From Leucoraja ocellata (lineage: Eukaryota): a DNA stretch of 64,000 nt. The DNA lies in assembly GCA_036785375.1 (NCBI GenBank), contig JAWMAR010000666.1:620001-684000 (forward strand), written 5' to 3'. A model generated the notes under the pieces. It was not told the origin of the DNA, did not search any database, and worked only from the letters and a program-made list of their open reading frames with translations. The position numbers and the translations under genes are program-made. This document shows, in pieces, positions 1 through 12,066 of this stretch. Each line of letters begins with the position of its first letter. The stretch's first letter is position 1.

Positions 1-316
1 GCCTGTTGGAAAACTAGTCAAGTTCAGTGTTCAGAACAAAGATGGCAGGTGGTTGACAAGTACACTAGACTTTGGTGGAGGAGATTTTGTCGACGAGTAT
101 TCTGGACGCGCTGAAATTACAGAAAATCTCATATTGGATTGACTAAGAAGGAAAAAATGTAGTTATAACTACATATCTGCAGAATGAATGATATATCATT
201 TAAGTGCAATTGTTCAGTTGTGGGGAGATACCTGTATATTGAAGATGCATTTTGCCACTAATATGTCAATTTACCTTCAATGTAGAAGAGCTTATTTAAA
301 ACTTCTAATGTAGACT

Positions 317-1225
317 GAGAGAGAGGGGAGGAAGAGAGTGAAAGGCAGATGGGGCAGAGACCGAGATAGCGAGAGACAGGGAGAGAGGAGAGAGAGGGAC
401 AGCGAGAGAGAGACAGGGAGAGATAGAAGGGGCAGAGAGAGATGGAGAGAGAGAAGGGGGGAGAGGAACGATGGCACGTTAAAACGTACAGCCGCCCCTT
501 CTCTCCCCCGACGTATACACATACATATGCACACATATATATGCACGCATTTATATGCATATAGGGAGAAGGGGGGAGAGGCAGAAGGGGGGAGAGGCAG
601 AAGGGGGAGAGGGAGAAGGGGGGAGAGGGAGAAGGGGGGAGGGGAGGGAGAAGGGAGAGATGGAGAAGGGGAGAGGGAGAGGGAGAAGGAGAGAGGGAGA
701 AGGGGGNNNNNNNNNNNNNNNNNNNNNNNNNNNNNNNNNNNNNNNNNNNNNNNNNNNNNNNNNNNNNNNNNNNNNNNNNNNNNNNNNNNNNNNNNNNNNN
801 NNNNNNNNNNNNNNNNNNNNNNNNNNNNNNNNNNNNNNNNNNNNNNNNNNNNNNNNNNNNNNNNNNNNNNNNNNNNNNNNNNNNNNNNNNNNNNNNNNNN
901 NNNNNNNNNNNNNNNNNNNNNNNNNNNNNNNNNNNNNNNNNNNNNNNNNNNNNNNNNNNNNNNNNNNNNNNNNNNNNNNNNNNNNNNNNNNNNNNNNNNN
1001 NNNNNNNNNNNNNNNNNNNNNNNNNNNNNNNNNNNNNNNNNNNNNNNNNNNNNNNNNNNNNNNNNNNNNNNNNNNNNNNGGAGAAGGGGGGAGAGGGAGA
1101 AGGGGAGAGGGAGAAGGGGAGGGAGAAGGGAGAGGAGAAGGGGGGAGAGGGAGGAGGGGGAGGGAGAAGGGAGAAGGGGAGGGAGAAGGGAGAGGGAGAA
1201 GGGGGGGAAGAGGGAGAGGGAGAGT
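317..1225. repeat. GA-rich polypurine/low-complexity tract spanning an assembly gap
   Basis: Almost pure G/A on the + strand on both sides of the N run at 707-1079. Confidence 0.9.
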
Positions 1226-1607
1226 GGAACGATAGCACATTATAACGCGCAGCCGTCCCATTACGACCAAGATTATGGAGCAGAGCTCCACTAGTATCTT
1301 TGATGCGGCCGCCGCCACCGAACCCCCCGACCCACCATTGCCCCCAAAGATGATAGAGCAGAGTTATATAATCTTTGATTGCACCCTTCTTCACGGCGGG
1401 CTTGTGATCTTTGCTTGTGATGTCTCGACAATTCGAGGGATATAACGGGTAACAGCCACCGCCTTCCTTCCCGGACACGAATCTGAGCTCGAAACATCTC
1501 CTGGTCACTGGGCCTAATGTGTCCCGCGGGCCATATTGTGGAGACCAATCCCTTACAAGATCAAAACCAAAAACGTACAGAAGTGTTAAAATTATTGTCT
1601 TTATTAT

Positions 1608-1883
1608 TGTGGTGAGATAAATGAAACTTTCACTACTTGTAATTAACTTAACTTTAAGCTTTAAGCAACTTATTTCTGCAATACACAAACTCAGAAACGT
1701 CTGGCAAACATGGCTGATTCTGCAGGCTTTTCCCGCCCGAAATACTTTGCACATGCGCACACTCCCGAAATGTCCTGCGCATGCGCACTCCGGAAATGTC
1801 CCGCGCATGCGCACACTCTAGAATGTCCCGCGCATGCGCACACACTAGAAGAGCTCCGCACATGCGCACATGCGCCCACTTCA
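1608..1883 (-). repeat. 3' LTR of the Gypsy element
   Basis: Matches 5579-5859 except for a few substitutions and two small indels, one of which removes the AATAAA. Confidence 0.95.
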
Positions 1884-1897
1884 TTCTCCCCTCCTAT

Positions 1898-4800
1898 TTA
1901 TAAGTTGAGACGGTCAGGAGGTTTAATACGTCTTGATGACCGTCGCAGCACTGGAGCCTCAGGAGATACCGGTGTTTCAATAGCCGAGGGTAGATATATT
2001 GCTTGGTCATCAACTTCACTCATATTGTTATTTAGATTTTCAATTTTAGAATTTCTTGTAGAAGTTTCCATAGAGGATGCTGGAAGTGTTGGAGGAAGTT
2101 CTCGATTAGTGTTATCAGGAAGTGACGGAGCTGATGGAGAAGATGGACATGGTGCAAAGTCACGAAGTGAGACAGTTGACTGACGTCCATCCCGATACTT
2201 GATAGTTGCATAAGAAGGGTTGACATAAGTCAGTTCAACTTCATCAACAAAAGGTTCATTCTTATTTAATCGGACATACCGACGAAGCAACACAGGCCCA
2301 GGGCTCGTCAACCATGATGGCAGAGAAGTACCACTAGAAGAACGCCGTTTGAAGTTAAAGAACTGTTCGTGTGGAGTAGTATTGGTAGCAGTTGACAGTA
2401 GAGATCTGATGGAGTGTAATGCATCTGGTAGAACACATTCCCACTGCTGATCTGGTATATCATTTGACTTTAAAGCCAGTTTCACTGCTTTCCAAATGAT
2501 TCCGTTATACCTCTCAACCTGACCATTTCCAATAGGATGATATGGTGTTTTACTTGTTGCAATTCCTCTATTAGAAAGGTAGTCCTTTAAATCTTTTGAC
2601 ATGAATGAGGTGCCCCTATCAGAATGTATGTAACTTGGAAATCCACAGAATGTAAACAGTTGATCTAAACATTTGATAACCATAGCAGCTGAAATATTTG
2701 GACAAGGAAAGACAAATGGAAACCTCGAATATTCGTCAACTAAGGTAAGTATATAAACATTTTGAGAGGAGGATGGTAAAGGCCCTTTGAAGTCAATAAA
2801 CGTTCCATAGGTTGAGTAGCTTTGATCAATCTTCCTTCTTCAGGACGGAAGAACCTTGGTTTTAATTCAGCACAGATTCTACATGAAGCACACGTCATCT
2901 TCACATCTTCTGTAGAGAAAGGTAAATTTTTGGAACGAACATAGTGTAACAAACGAGTGACTCCAGGATGACACAGCCCATTGTGAAGATCAGTGAGTGC
3001 AGAAGAATGAACAGAGGCACAAAATGCTCGAGTTAATGTGTCCGGAGCAACATTATCCTTACCAGGGCGGTACTCAATTCAATAACTATATGCGGATAAT
3101 TCAATCCTCCATTCATGAATTTTACTATTTTTAATCTTGGTTCGTTTCCGATTATCCAGCATAAAAGCCACTGAACGCTGATCTGTTATCAAAGTGAAGT
3201 GCTGGCGAGCAAGGGAATGACTCCATTTCCTCACTGCTTCAATAATTGCTGTAGCTTCCTTTTCGACGGATGGGTAGTGCAATTCACTACCTTGGAGAGT
3301 ACGAGACATGAAAGCCACTGGTCGTCCTCCTTGATTTAATGTAGCTGATACTGCTAAATCAGAGGCATCACATTCAACAACAAAGGGGAGATCCTCATCG
3401 ATGGCGTGCAATGTCGCAGATTCCAATTGTTTCTTTAAAGAAGTAAAGGCACCAATTGCTGTAGAGTCAAGGGGGAAAGATTTTGCTCTAATCAAAGGTT
3501 GAATTTTGTCAGAAAAATTTGGCATCCATTTAGCATAATATGCAAACATCCCAAGAACCCTTCGTAGAGAGTTTAATGTTGCTGGAACAGGTATCTCTTG
3601 GAGTGGGCAGAGTCTTTCTGGATCAGGCTTGATTATATCATTTCCAACCCAATAACCAAGAATATTAATTGATGATACTGATGTTATTGACTTAGCCTCA
3701 TTTAATGTTAGATTTTTAAAATGTACAACATCTAAAAACCATTGTACATTTTCATCATGTTCAGTTTGGTCTTTTCCTGCAATAGTTATATTATCAAGAT
3801 AAGGGAAAGTATCTTTAAGGTTTTCCTGTTCAACAAGTTTGTCCATCTCTCTCTGAAAAACAGCCACGCCATTAGTTACCCCAAAAGGAACTCTGCAGTA
3901 GTGATATAATTTCCCATTTGCTTCAAACGCAGTGTATTTCTTCTCTGATTCCTTCAGAGGAATTTGATAGTAAGCACTTTTTAAGTCAAAAGTAGAGAAT
4001 ATCTTATACTTAGCTAATGTATTGATAATCTCTTCTATTCGAGGTAATGGATATGCATCAAGCTCCGTGAACTGGTTTATAGTTTGAGAGTAATCAATGC
4101 AGAGTCTCTTTCCATGTCTCTCCAAGGGGTCCTTAACCACGACAACTTGTGCCCTCCAAGGGGAAGAACTGCGTTCTATAATCCCCTCTTGTAAAAGATG
4201 AGTTACTTCTGTGTTGATAAAGTTCCTATCATCTTTACTAAAATGTCTTGATTTTGTAGCAATTGGCTTGCACTTGGAGGATAAATTAGTGAATAATGAA
4301 GGACATTCAACAGATGCAGCAGAAAAACCACACAATACGGGTGGCTTTGACAATACAAGATCAGGCAGAGTTCCTTCATACATTATTTGAAGTGATCTGT
4401 GCAGTTTCTGGAAATCCTGACCAAGAATTATATCGCTACACACATTTTTCAAAATACCAAGACACACAGATTTATAGCTAGTTTTGTTCAAAATAAAGTC
4501 TACAATACAAGATCCTATAATTTGAGTATTGAGAGTTGTCAGAGCCATCAAGATTTCTCTATTTGAAGGAATTATAGTTAGATTTAGTCGGGACACAACT
4601 TGTTCACTTATAAAACTTTCTGAACTGCCAGAATCAAGTAGTACATTAAGTGTATGGCCATTAATGGATACCGTTGTAGCTGCATGAGACAAGCTCTGAG
4701 GAAATGCAGCTGTAATTGCACATAAAGAAGGTGTGTATATGGCAGCAGTCACACTTTTAGTTGTTGCTTTGGACTTGCATACTCTAGAATAATGTCCCTT

Positions 4801-5535
4801 CTTGCCACAACTATTACAAGTTGCCTCTCGAGCAGGACATGTCTCTCTCTTATGAATATTACCCCTGCAAAAGTAACAGTTCCTTTTTGAATAATTATAT
4901 GCTGCAGCAAGGGCACCTTTATCAGTAGAAATTGTTTCCGTTTGCTCCATATTAGTACGTGGGTGAAATTCTTTTGTAGCAGTTGCAGCAGAATACACAT
5001 TAGATGAGCCATAAGCATCTGAATTTTTCTGAGCCAAGTCCAAAGAGTAAGCTTGATTGTAAGCTGACTGTAAATCCAAGGTTTTGTGTTCTAATAGTCT
5101 CTGTCGTATTAAAGGCGATGCCAAACCATTGATAAAAGAGTCTCGAATAACTTCCTGTCGATATTGATCAGCCGTAACTGCTTTGAAGGCACAGTCTTTA
5201 CTAAGTCTTTGAAGTTCTTGTAAAAATTCATCAAGTGACTCACCAGGTTTTTGTTTCCGAGTAGCAAGGAGGTGTCGAGAGAATATCACGTTGGGTGTCT
5301 TAAGGAAGAATTTGCTTAGTACATCAATAGCAGAATCATAAGTTGTACATTCCTCTATGTAATCATATACATCAGAAGAGACAAACCTTATTAATGTTTT
5401 GAGTCTGTCTGGTGCATCATTGCTGCACTCATCAAAGAAGTTATTTAGTATGCGAAGCCAGTGCTTCCAATTCTTTGCAGCAGCAGGTGAGTTGGGATCC
5501 AGATCCAAGCGTTGTGGTTTCAGTAGCTTCTCCAC
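1898..5535 (-). pseudogene. Gypsy gag-pol polyprotein, disrupted
   Basis: Gag with two CCHC knuckles (CYFCRGNIHKRETC, CNSCGKKGHYSRVC); protease LLDSGS; RT YLDN(D) box; RNaseH ECDASD...EKEA; integrase HHCC (LHNGLCHPG...CASCRIC) and DDE core (HSDRG...GQVERYN). In-frame TGA at 3079-3081, frameshift near 2800, probable start codon reads GTG at 5535. Confidence 0.93.
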
Positions 5536-5578
5536 CCCAAGTCGGACTGTTTGACTTCTGAAAATAAGTTGCTTAAAT

Positions 5579-5859
5579 TGTTGTGAGATAAATGAAACTT
5601 TCACTACTTGTAATTAACTTAACTTTATTTAAGCTTTAAGCAACTTATTTCTGCAATACACAAACTCAGAAACGTCTGGCAAACATGGCTGATTCTGCAG
5701 GCTTTTCCCGCCCGAAATACTTCGCACATGCGCACACTCCCGAAATGTCCTGCGCATGCGCACTCCGGAAATGTCCCGCGCATGCGCACACTCTAGAAAT
5801 GTCCCGCGCATGCGCACACACTAGAAGAGCTCTGCACATGCGCACATGCGCCCACTTCA
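5579..5859 (-). repeat. 5' LTR of the Gypsy element, with tandem TGCGCATGCGCA (NRF1-type) motifs
   Basis: TGAAGTGG...CACAACA on the - strand; repeated GCGCATGCGC palindromes; AATAAA present. Confidence 0.95.
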
Positions 5860-6295
5860 ATTATTGTCTTTATTATTGTGGTGAGTAAAGATATATTAAA
5901 AATAAGTCTAATAACTTTCTAATGTACCGACAAGCCTAGTTTCTCAATGGCCGTTGAGGGGAGAACAGAAAATAACATTTTCACGACAGAATAGCGACTG
6001 AAAATAATAATAATAATATGTTCTCACCTTTCGTTTTTATTGGGGAACCTAAAGAATGACAGGTCGGGTTGTCTACATTTACAATTAGAACAATTGATAG
6101 CAGAGCAGTGAGATGAAGATTTACATTTAGATAAGGACGCCATGACAGTGTGGGGGAAGCCCATAAAATGCTCAATAAAATGGCGTCGATGATCACACAC
6201 GTGATACTACGTGTTTTTCGAGGAGTGGTCTATCTTGCTCCTCTATAATCTTTGGTCTGAGGCATTGTGCCGCTGCCATGAGAGTCTCTGCTCCC

Positions 6296-6445
6296 AATTC
6301 ACCCTGGTGATCGGCATGGACCAGGCTGCAGCTCTATCTACCACTGCTTCTACCCAGTGTTTGGTACCTACTTCCAGCAGCCACTGGTTGTCCTCCAGGA
6401 AGCACTGAGCCACAGCCTGGTCCATGCCAGTCACCAGGGCGAATT
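6296..6445. repeat. Short fold-back/MITE-like inverted repeat (about 38-bp arms)
   Basis: aattcaccctggtgatcggcatggaccaggctg... is the imperfect reverse complement of ...cagcctggtccatgccagtcaccagggcgaatt. Confidence 0.6.
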
Positions 6446-6663
6446 CATATCATAGTGGCCTTCAAATGGGGGTGGTTGGAAAAAGCATTCTGCTTGCCTG
6501 CTAGATTTTAATTTACTGTAACTGCAGGAAAAAATGTTCCCGATGTTGGGGGAGGTCAGAACCAGGCGTCACAGTTTAAGAATAAGAATCTGTCGAATTA
6601 TCTGGCACAGAAGGCAGTGGATGATATTCACTGGATGTTTTCAAGAGTGGTGGAGGTATAATG

Positions 6664-6900
6664 TAGTCATGGAGTGATACAGTGTGAAAACAGGCCCTTC
6701 GGCCCAACTTGTCTACACCCGCCAACATGTCCCAGCTACATTTACCTGCTTTTGGTCCATATCCCTGCAAACCTGTCCTATCCATGTATCAGTCTAACTG
6801 TTTCTTAAATGTTGGGATAGTCCCTGCCTGAACTACCTCCTCTGGCAGCTTGTTCCATACACCCACCACCCTTTGTGTGGAAAAAGTTACCCCTCAGATT
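6664..6900 (-). mobile_element. CR1-type LINE 3' fragment
   Basis: Minus-strand MDRTGLQGYGPKAGK C-terminus plus 3' tail, shared with other copies in the window. Confidence 0.8.
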
Positions 6901-6910
6901 ACCCCTCAGA

Positions 6911-9900
6911 TTAATAAGTGGCTTGAAAAATGGTGCAAGGGGAGGGATTCAAATTTCTAGGGCATTGGAACCAGTTCTGGGGGAGGTGGGACCAGTACAA
7001 ACGGGACATTCTGCACCTGGGCTGGAATGGAACCAATGTCCTTGGGGGAGTGTTTGCTAGTGCTGTCGGGGAGGATTTAAACTAATGTGGTGGGGGGATG
7101 GGAGAATGAGCAGAGAGACAGAGGGGTGTAAAATGAGGGTTGAAGCAATGGGTAGCAGTGAAAAGTAAAAGTGGCAGGCAGCCAAATCCTGGGCAAAAAT
7201 CAAAAAGGGCCACTTTTCGAATTAATTGAATAAGGGGTAAGAGTGTTGTAAAAACAAGCCTGAAGGCTTTGTGTCTCAATGCAAGGAGCATTCGTAATAA
7301 GGTGGATGAGTTGAATGTGCAGTTAGCTATTAATGACTATGATATAGTTGGGATCACGGAGACATGGCTCCAGGGTGACCAAGGCTGGGAGCTGAAAATC
7401 CAGGGATATTCAATATTCAGGAGGGATAGACAGAAAGAAAAAGGAGGTGGGGTAGCGTTGCTGTTTAGAGAGGCGATTAACGCATAGAAAGGAAGGACAT
7501 TAGCTTTGAGGATGTGGAATCGATATGGGTAGAGCTGAGAAACACTAAGGGGCAGAAAACGCTAGTGTGAGTTGTGTACAGACCACCTAACAGTAGTAGT
7601 GGAGTTGGGGATGGCATCAAACAGGAAATTAGAAATGCGTGCAACAAAGGTAAAACAGTTATAATGGTTGACTCGAATCTACATGTAGATTGGGTGAATC
7701 AAATTGGCAGGGGTGCTGAGAAAGAGGATTTCTTGGAATGTATGCGGGATAGTGTTCAAAACCAACTTGTAGAGGAACCAACGAGAGAGCAGGCTATTTT
7801 AGACTGGGTATTGAGTAATGAGGAAGGGTTAGTTAGCAATCATGTTATACGTGCCCCCTTGGGCAAGAGTGACCATAATATGGTTGAGTTCTTCATCAGG
7901 ATGGAAGGTGACATTGTTAATTCAGAAACAATGGTTCTGAACTTAAAGAAAGGTAACTTTGAGGGTATGAGACGTGAATTGGCCAAGATTGACTGGCAAT
8001 TAATTCTAAAAGGATTGACGGTGGATATGCAATGGAAGACATTTAAAGACTGCATGGATGAACTACAAAAAATGTTCATCCCAGTTTGGCAAAAGAATAA
8101 ATCAGGGAAGGTAGTACATCCGTGGATAACAAGGCAAATCAGGGATAGTATCAAAGCGAAGGATCATGCGTACAAATTAGCCAGAAAAAGCAGCATACCG
8201 GAGGACTAGGAGAAATTCAGAGACCGGCAGAGGAGGACAAAGGGCTTAATTAGGAAAGGGAAAATAGATTATGAAAGAAAACTGACAGGGAACATAAAGA
8301 CTGACTGCAAACGTTTTTATAGATATGTGAAAAGAAAGAGATTAGTTAAAACAAATGTAGGTCCCTTGCAGTCAGAAACAGGTGAGTTGATCATGGGGAA
8401 CAAGGATATGGCGGACCAATTGAATAACTACTTTGGTTTCGTCTTCACTAAGGAAGACATAAATAATTTGCCGGAAATAGCAGGGGACCGCGGGTCAAAG
8501 GAGTTGGAGGAATTGAGTGAAATCCAGGTTAGCCGGGAAGTGGTGTTGGGTAAATTGAATGGATTAAAGGCCGATAAATCCCCAGGGCCAGATAGGCTGC
8601 ATCCCAGAGTACTTAAGGAAGTAGCTCCAGAAATAGTGGATGCATTAGTAATAATCTTTCAAAACTCTTTAGATTCTGGAGTAGTTCCTGAGGATTGGAG
8701 GGTAGCTAATGTAACCCCACTTTTTAAGAAGGGAGGGAGAGAGAAAGTGGGGAATTACAGACCAGTTAGTCTAACATCGGTAGTGGGGAAACTGCTAGAG
8801 TCAGTTATTAAAGATGGGATAGCAGCACATTTGGAAAGTGGTGAAATCATTGGACAAAGTCAGCATGGGTTTACGAAAGGTAAATCATGTCTGACGAATC
8901 TTATAGAATTTTTCGAGGATGTAACTAGTAGCGTGGATAGTGGAGAACCAGTGGATGTGTTATATCTGGACTTCCAGAAGGCTTTCGACAAGGTCCCACA
9001 TAAGAGATTAGTATACAAACTTAAAGCACACGGCATTGGGGGTTCAGTATTGATGTGGATAGAGAACTGGCTGGCAAACAGGAAGCAAAGAGTAGGAGTA
9101 AACGTGTCCTTTTCACAATGGCAGGCAGTGACTAGTGGGGTACCGCAAGGCTCAGTGCTGGGATCCCAGCTATTTACAACATATAACAATAATGATCTGG
9201 ATGAGGGAATTGAAGGCAATATCTCCAAGTTTGCGGATGACACTAAGCTGGGGGGCAGTGTTAGCTGTGAGGAGGATGCTAGGAGACTCCAAGATGACTT
9301 GGATAGGCTGGGTGAGTGGGCAAATGTTTGGCAGATGCAGTATAATGTGGATAAATGTGAGGTTATCCGTTTTGGTGGCAAAAACGGGAAAGCATACTAT
9401 TATCTAAATGGTGGCCGATTGGGAAAGGGGGAGATGCAGCGAGACCTGGGTGTCATGTTACACCAGTCATTGAAAGTAGGCATGCAGGTGCAGCAGGCAG
9501 TAAAGAAAGTGAATGGTATGTTAGCTTTCATTGCAAAAGGATTTGAGTATAGGAGCAGGGAGGTTCTACTGCAGTTGTACAGGGTCTTGGTGAGACCACA
9601 ACTGAAGTATTGCGTACAGTTTTGGTCTCCAAATCTGAGGAAGGACATTATTGCCATAGAGGGAGTGCAGAGAAGGTTCACCAGACTGATTCCTGGGATG
9701 TCAGGACTTTCTTATGAAGAAAGACGGGATAGACTTGGTTTATACTCTCTAGAATTTAGGAGATTGAGAGGGGATCTTATAGAAACTTACAAAATTCTTA
9801 AGGGGTTGGACAGGCTAGATGCAGGAAGATTGTTCCCGATGTTGGAGAAGTCGAGGACAAGGAGTCACAGCTTAAGGATAAGGGGGAAATCCTTTAAAAC

Positions 9901-10158
9901 CGAGATGAGAAGAACTTTTTTCACACAGAGAGTGGTGAATCTCTGGAACTCTCTGCCACAGAGGGTAGTTGAGGCCAGTTCATTGGCTATATTTAAGAGG
10001 GAGTTAGATGTGGCCCTTGTGGCTAAGGGGATCAGGGGGTATGGAGAGAAGGCAGGTACGGGATACTGAGTTGGATGATCAGCCATGATCATATTGAATG
10101 GCGGTGCAGGCTCGAAGGGCCGAATGGCCTACTCCTGCACCCAATTTCTATGTTTCTA
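6911..10158 (+). mobile_element. CR1 LINE, 5'-truncated: end of ORF1 (esterase-like) plus near-complete ORF2 (APE-RT) with nonsense mutations
   Basis: WLEKWCKGEGFKFLGHWNQFWGRWDQYKRDILHL ORF1 tail; CLNARSIRNK, YRPPN and SDHN endonuclease motifs; GVPQGSVLG and KFADDTK RT motifs; 3' tail ending ttctatgtttct. Confidence 0.95.
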
Positions 10159-10754
10159 AGGGAAACTACGCAAAGGTGGCGGCTGGGGAGGAAAGATGGG
10201 AGGGAAATGGGGGAACAGAAGGAAAAGATTTACAATAAAATTAACTAAAATATGTGATGTGATAGATGCGCTAAATCAAACACTGTTCCCTACAAAACTA
10301 ATGACACCAGACGATAGCAAAGATCTTTGGACGATAGAGCGGAGTGCACAGCGGGAGGCATAAACAAATGGCGGCCGTGACGTTCCGTCACATACTACAC
10401 GTCAGTCTATTGGATTTCGGAGGAGTGGTCTATCTTGCTCCTCTAAGATCTTTGCCTCAGACGGCCCGGGACTCTTGCACTGAGACTGCTCCATGGCCGG
10501 AGCTGCAGCGAGCGACTCGCCAGCCCGGCAAACACTCGCCAGCCCCGGCTCCCCGTCTGCATCTGCCCCCCTCCGCTGCTTCTGCTTCCATCCATCCCTC
10601 CCTCCATCCCCCCCCCCCCCCCCCCCCCCGGCTCTCCAACACCCACGACCAGGTTGTTCAGAGCACAGCAGCGTCTCGTCCAAAGACAGAGACATTGAAA
10701 CATGTCTAGCCAAAAAAGTGGGAGGCTGCAGCACCCGGTTCTGTGGCCCATGTT

Positions 10755-11130
10755 ATGAATGAATGAATGAATAAGTTTATTGGGCAAGTATTCACATACA
10801 AGGAATTTGCCTTGGTGCTCCGCCCACAAGTGACAACATGACATACATTGATAGTTACCAATGACACATAAAACATTAAACATTAATAATTAAACATTAT
10901 TGATTAAACATGTGAATTAAATAAAATACCGGAGCAAAAGGAGGCTACAGATTTTTGGTTATTGAGTAGATCAACTACTTGTGCAAAAAAACTTTTTATA
11001 TCTGATTGTGGCAGCTTTGACAGTCCGCAGTCGTCTTCCAGAGGGAGATGATTCAAAGAGTTTGTGGCCAGAGTGAGAGGGGTCAGAGATAATCTTACCC
11101 GCTCGTTTCCTGGCCCTTGCAGTGTACAGT
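10755..11130 (-). mobile_element. Rex/Babar-type LINE 3' fragment with (ATTC)n tail
   Basis: Degenerate LPSGRR...SFF C-terminal motif on the - strand; gaatgaatgaat tail; same family at 61580-61880. Confidence 0.65.
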
Positions 11131-11311
11131 TCGCCAAATCAATTAATATATATATNNNNNNNNNNNNNNNNNNNNNNNNNNNNNNNNNNNNNNNNNNNNN
11201 NNNNNNNNNNNNNNNNNNNNNNNNNNNNNNNNNNNNNNNNNNNNNNNNNNNNNNNNNNNNNNNNNNNNNNNNNNNNNNNNNNNNNNNNNNNNNNNNNNNN
11301 NNNNNNNNNNN

Positions 11312-12066
11312 CGGCCGCCTCCTCCATGGAGAGGCGACTTTTTCCAGGTCGCCTCCCCCGTGGCCTAACAGCGAGGATCGGCGCGGCCTTTCCCAGAGAC
11401 GCGCCCGGGGCTCGGGGCTCCGGCGGCGGGTGCAGCGTGGACTGTCAGCACGGAGCTGGGGCTCGCTGGAGGGGAGCGCTCCGTTCTGTTGGCCCGCAGC
11501 AGACGGCAGCCTGAAGCCGCGGTCTGCACAGCTCCAGCTGGCGCGGCGTCTACAGCCCGGGATCCCTCGTGGGGGACCCGGGGGGAAGAAGAAGCTTCCA
11601 CCGCTGGCCCGCGGCCATCTTCTACCGCGGGTCCGGTATGGACTTAACATCACCCCTGGAGGGGAGCTTCGACCGCCGGCCCTGCAGACTGTGGTGCTTA
11701 TAGCTGCGACGTGGAGGGAACTTTAAATCTTCGGCCACCGGCCTGCGGCCTACACCAACTAAAAGCCGCGGTCTCCGGTGGGGAGGAGCCGACTCTGGAC
11801 TTATACCTTGTCCTTTTACCATCTGGACGCCCGCAGCAACGGCTGCGGAGGGTTGAGGTCCCGACCACGGGGGGGATATGGAGGAGGACTGGCCAAATTG
11901 TGTGCCTTCCACCACAGTGATGAATGCTGTGGTGGATGTTTATGTTAAAAATTTATTGTGTTTTTGTATGTGCCCTTTATCATTGTATCGCTGCTGACGT
12001 ATCATTTCACTTGCACTTTTTGTGCAATGTGACAAATAAACCGTTGTATTGTATTGTATTGTATTG
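11312..12066 (+). mobile_element. GC-rich non-autonomous retroelement ending in (GTATT)n
   Basis: CpG-rich body followed by an AATAAA and a gtatt microsatellite tail; related tail at 50040-50200 (-). Confidence 0.5.

Larger units (their letters stand above)
1608..5859 (-). mobile_element. Full-length Ty3/Gypsy LTR retrotransposon (inactivated)
   Basis: Two near-identical LTRs with TG...CA ends; PPT AGGAGGGGAGAA on the - strand immediately before the 3' LTR; internal gag-PR-RT-RH-IN order; flanking ATTAT/ATTAT duplication. Confidence 0.96.

Noticed and set aside
258-1814. Long ORFs (518 aa and others) across the GA tract and gap
   Set aside because: Artefacts of N runs and low-complexity sequence; the same applies to ORFs spanning the other gaps
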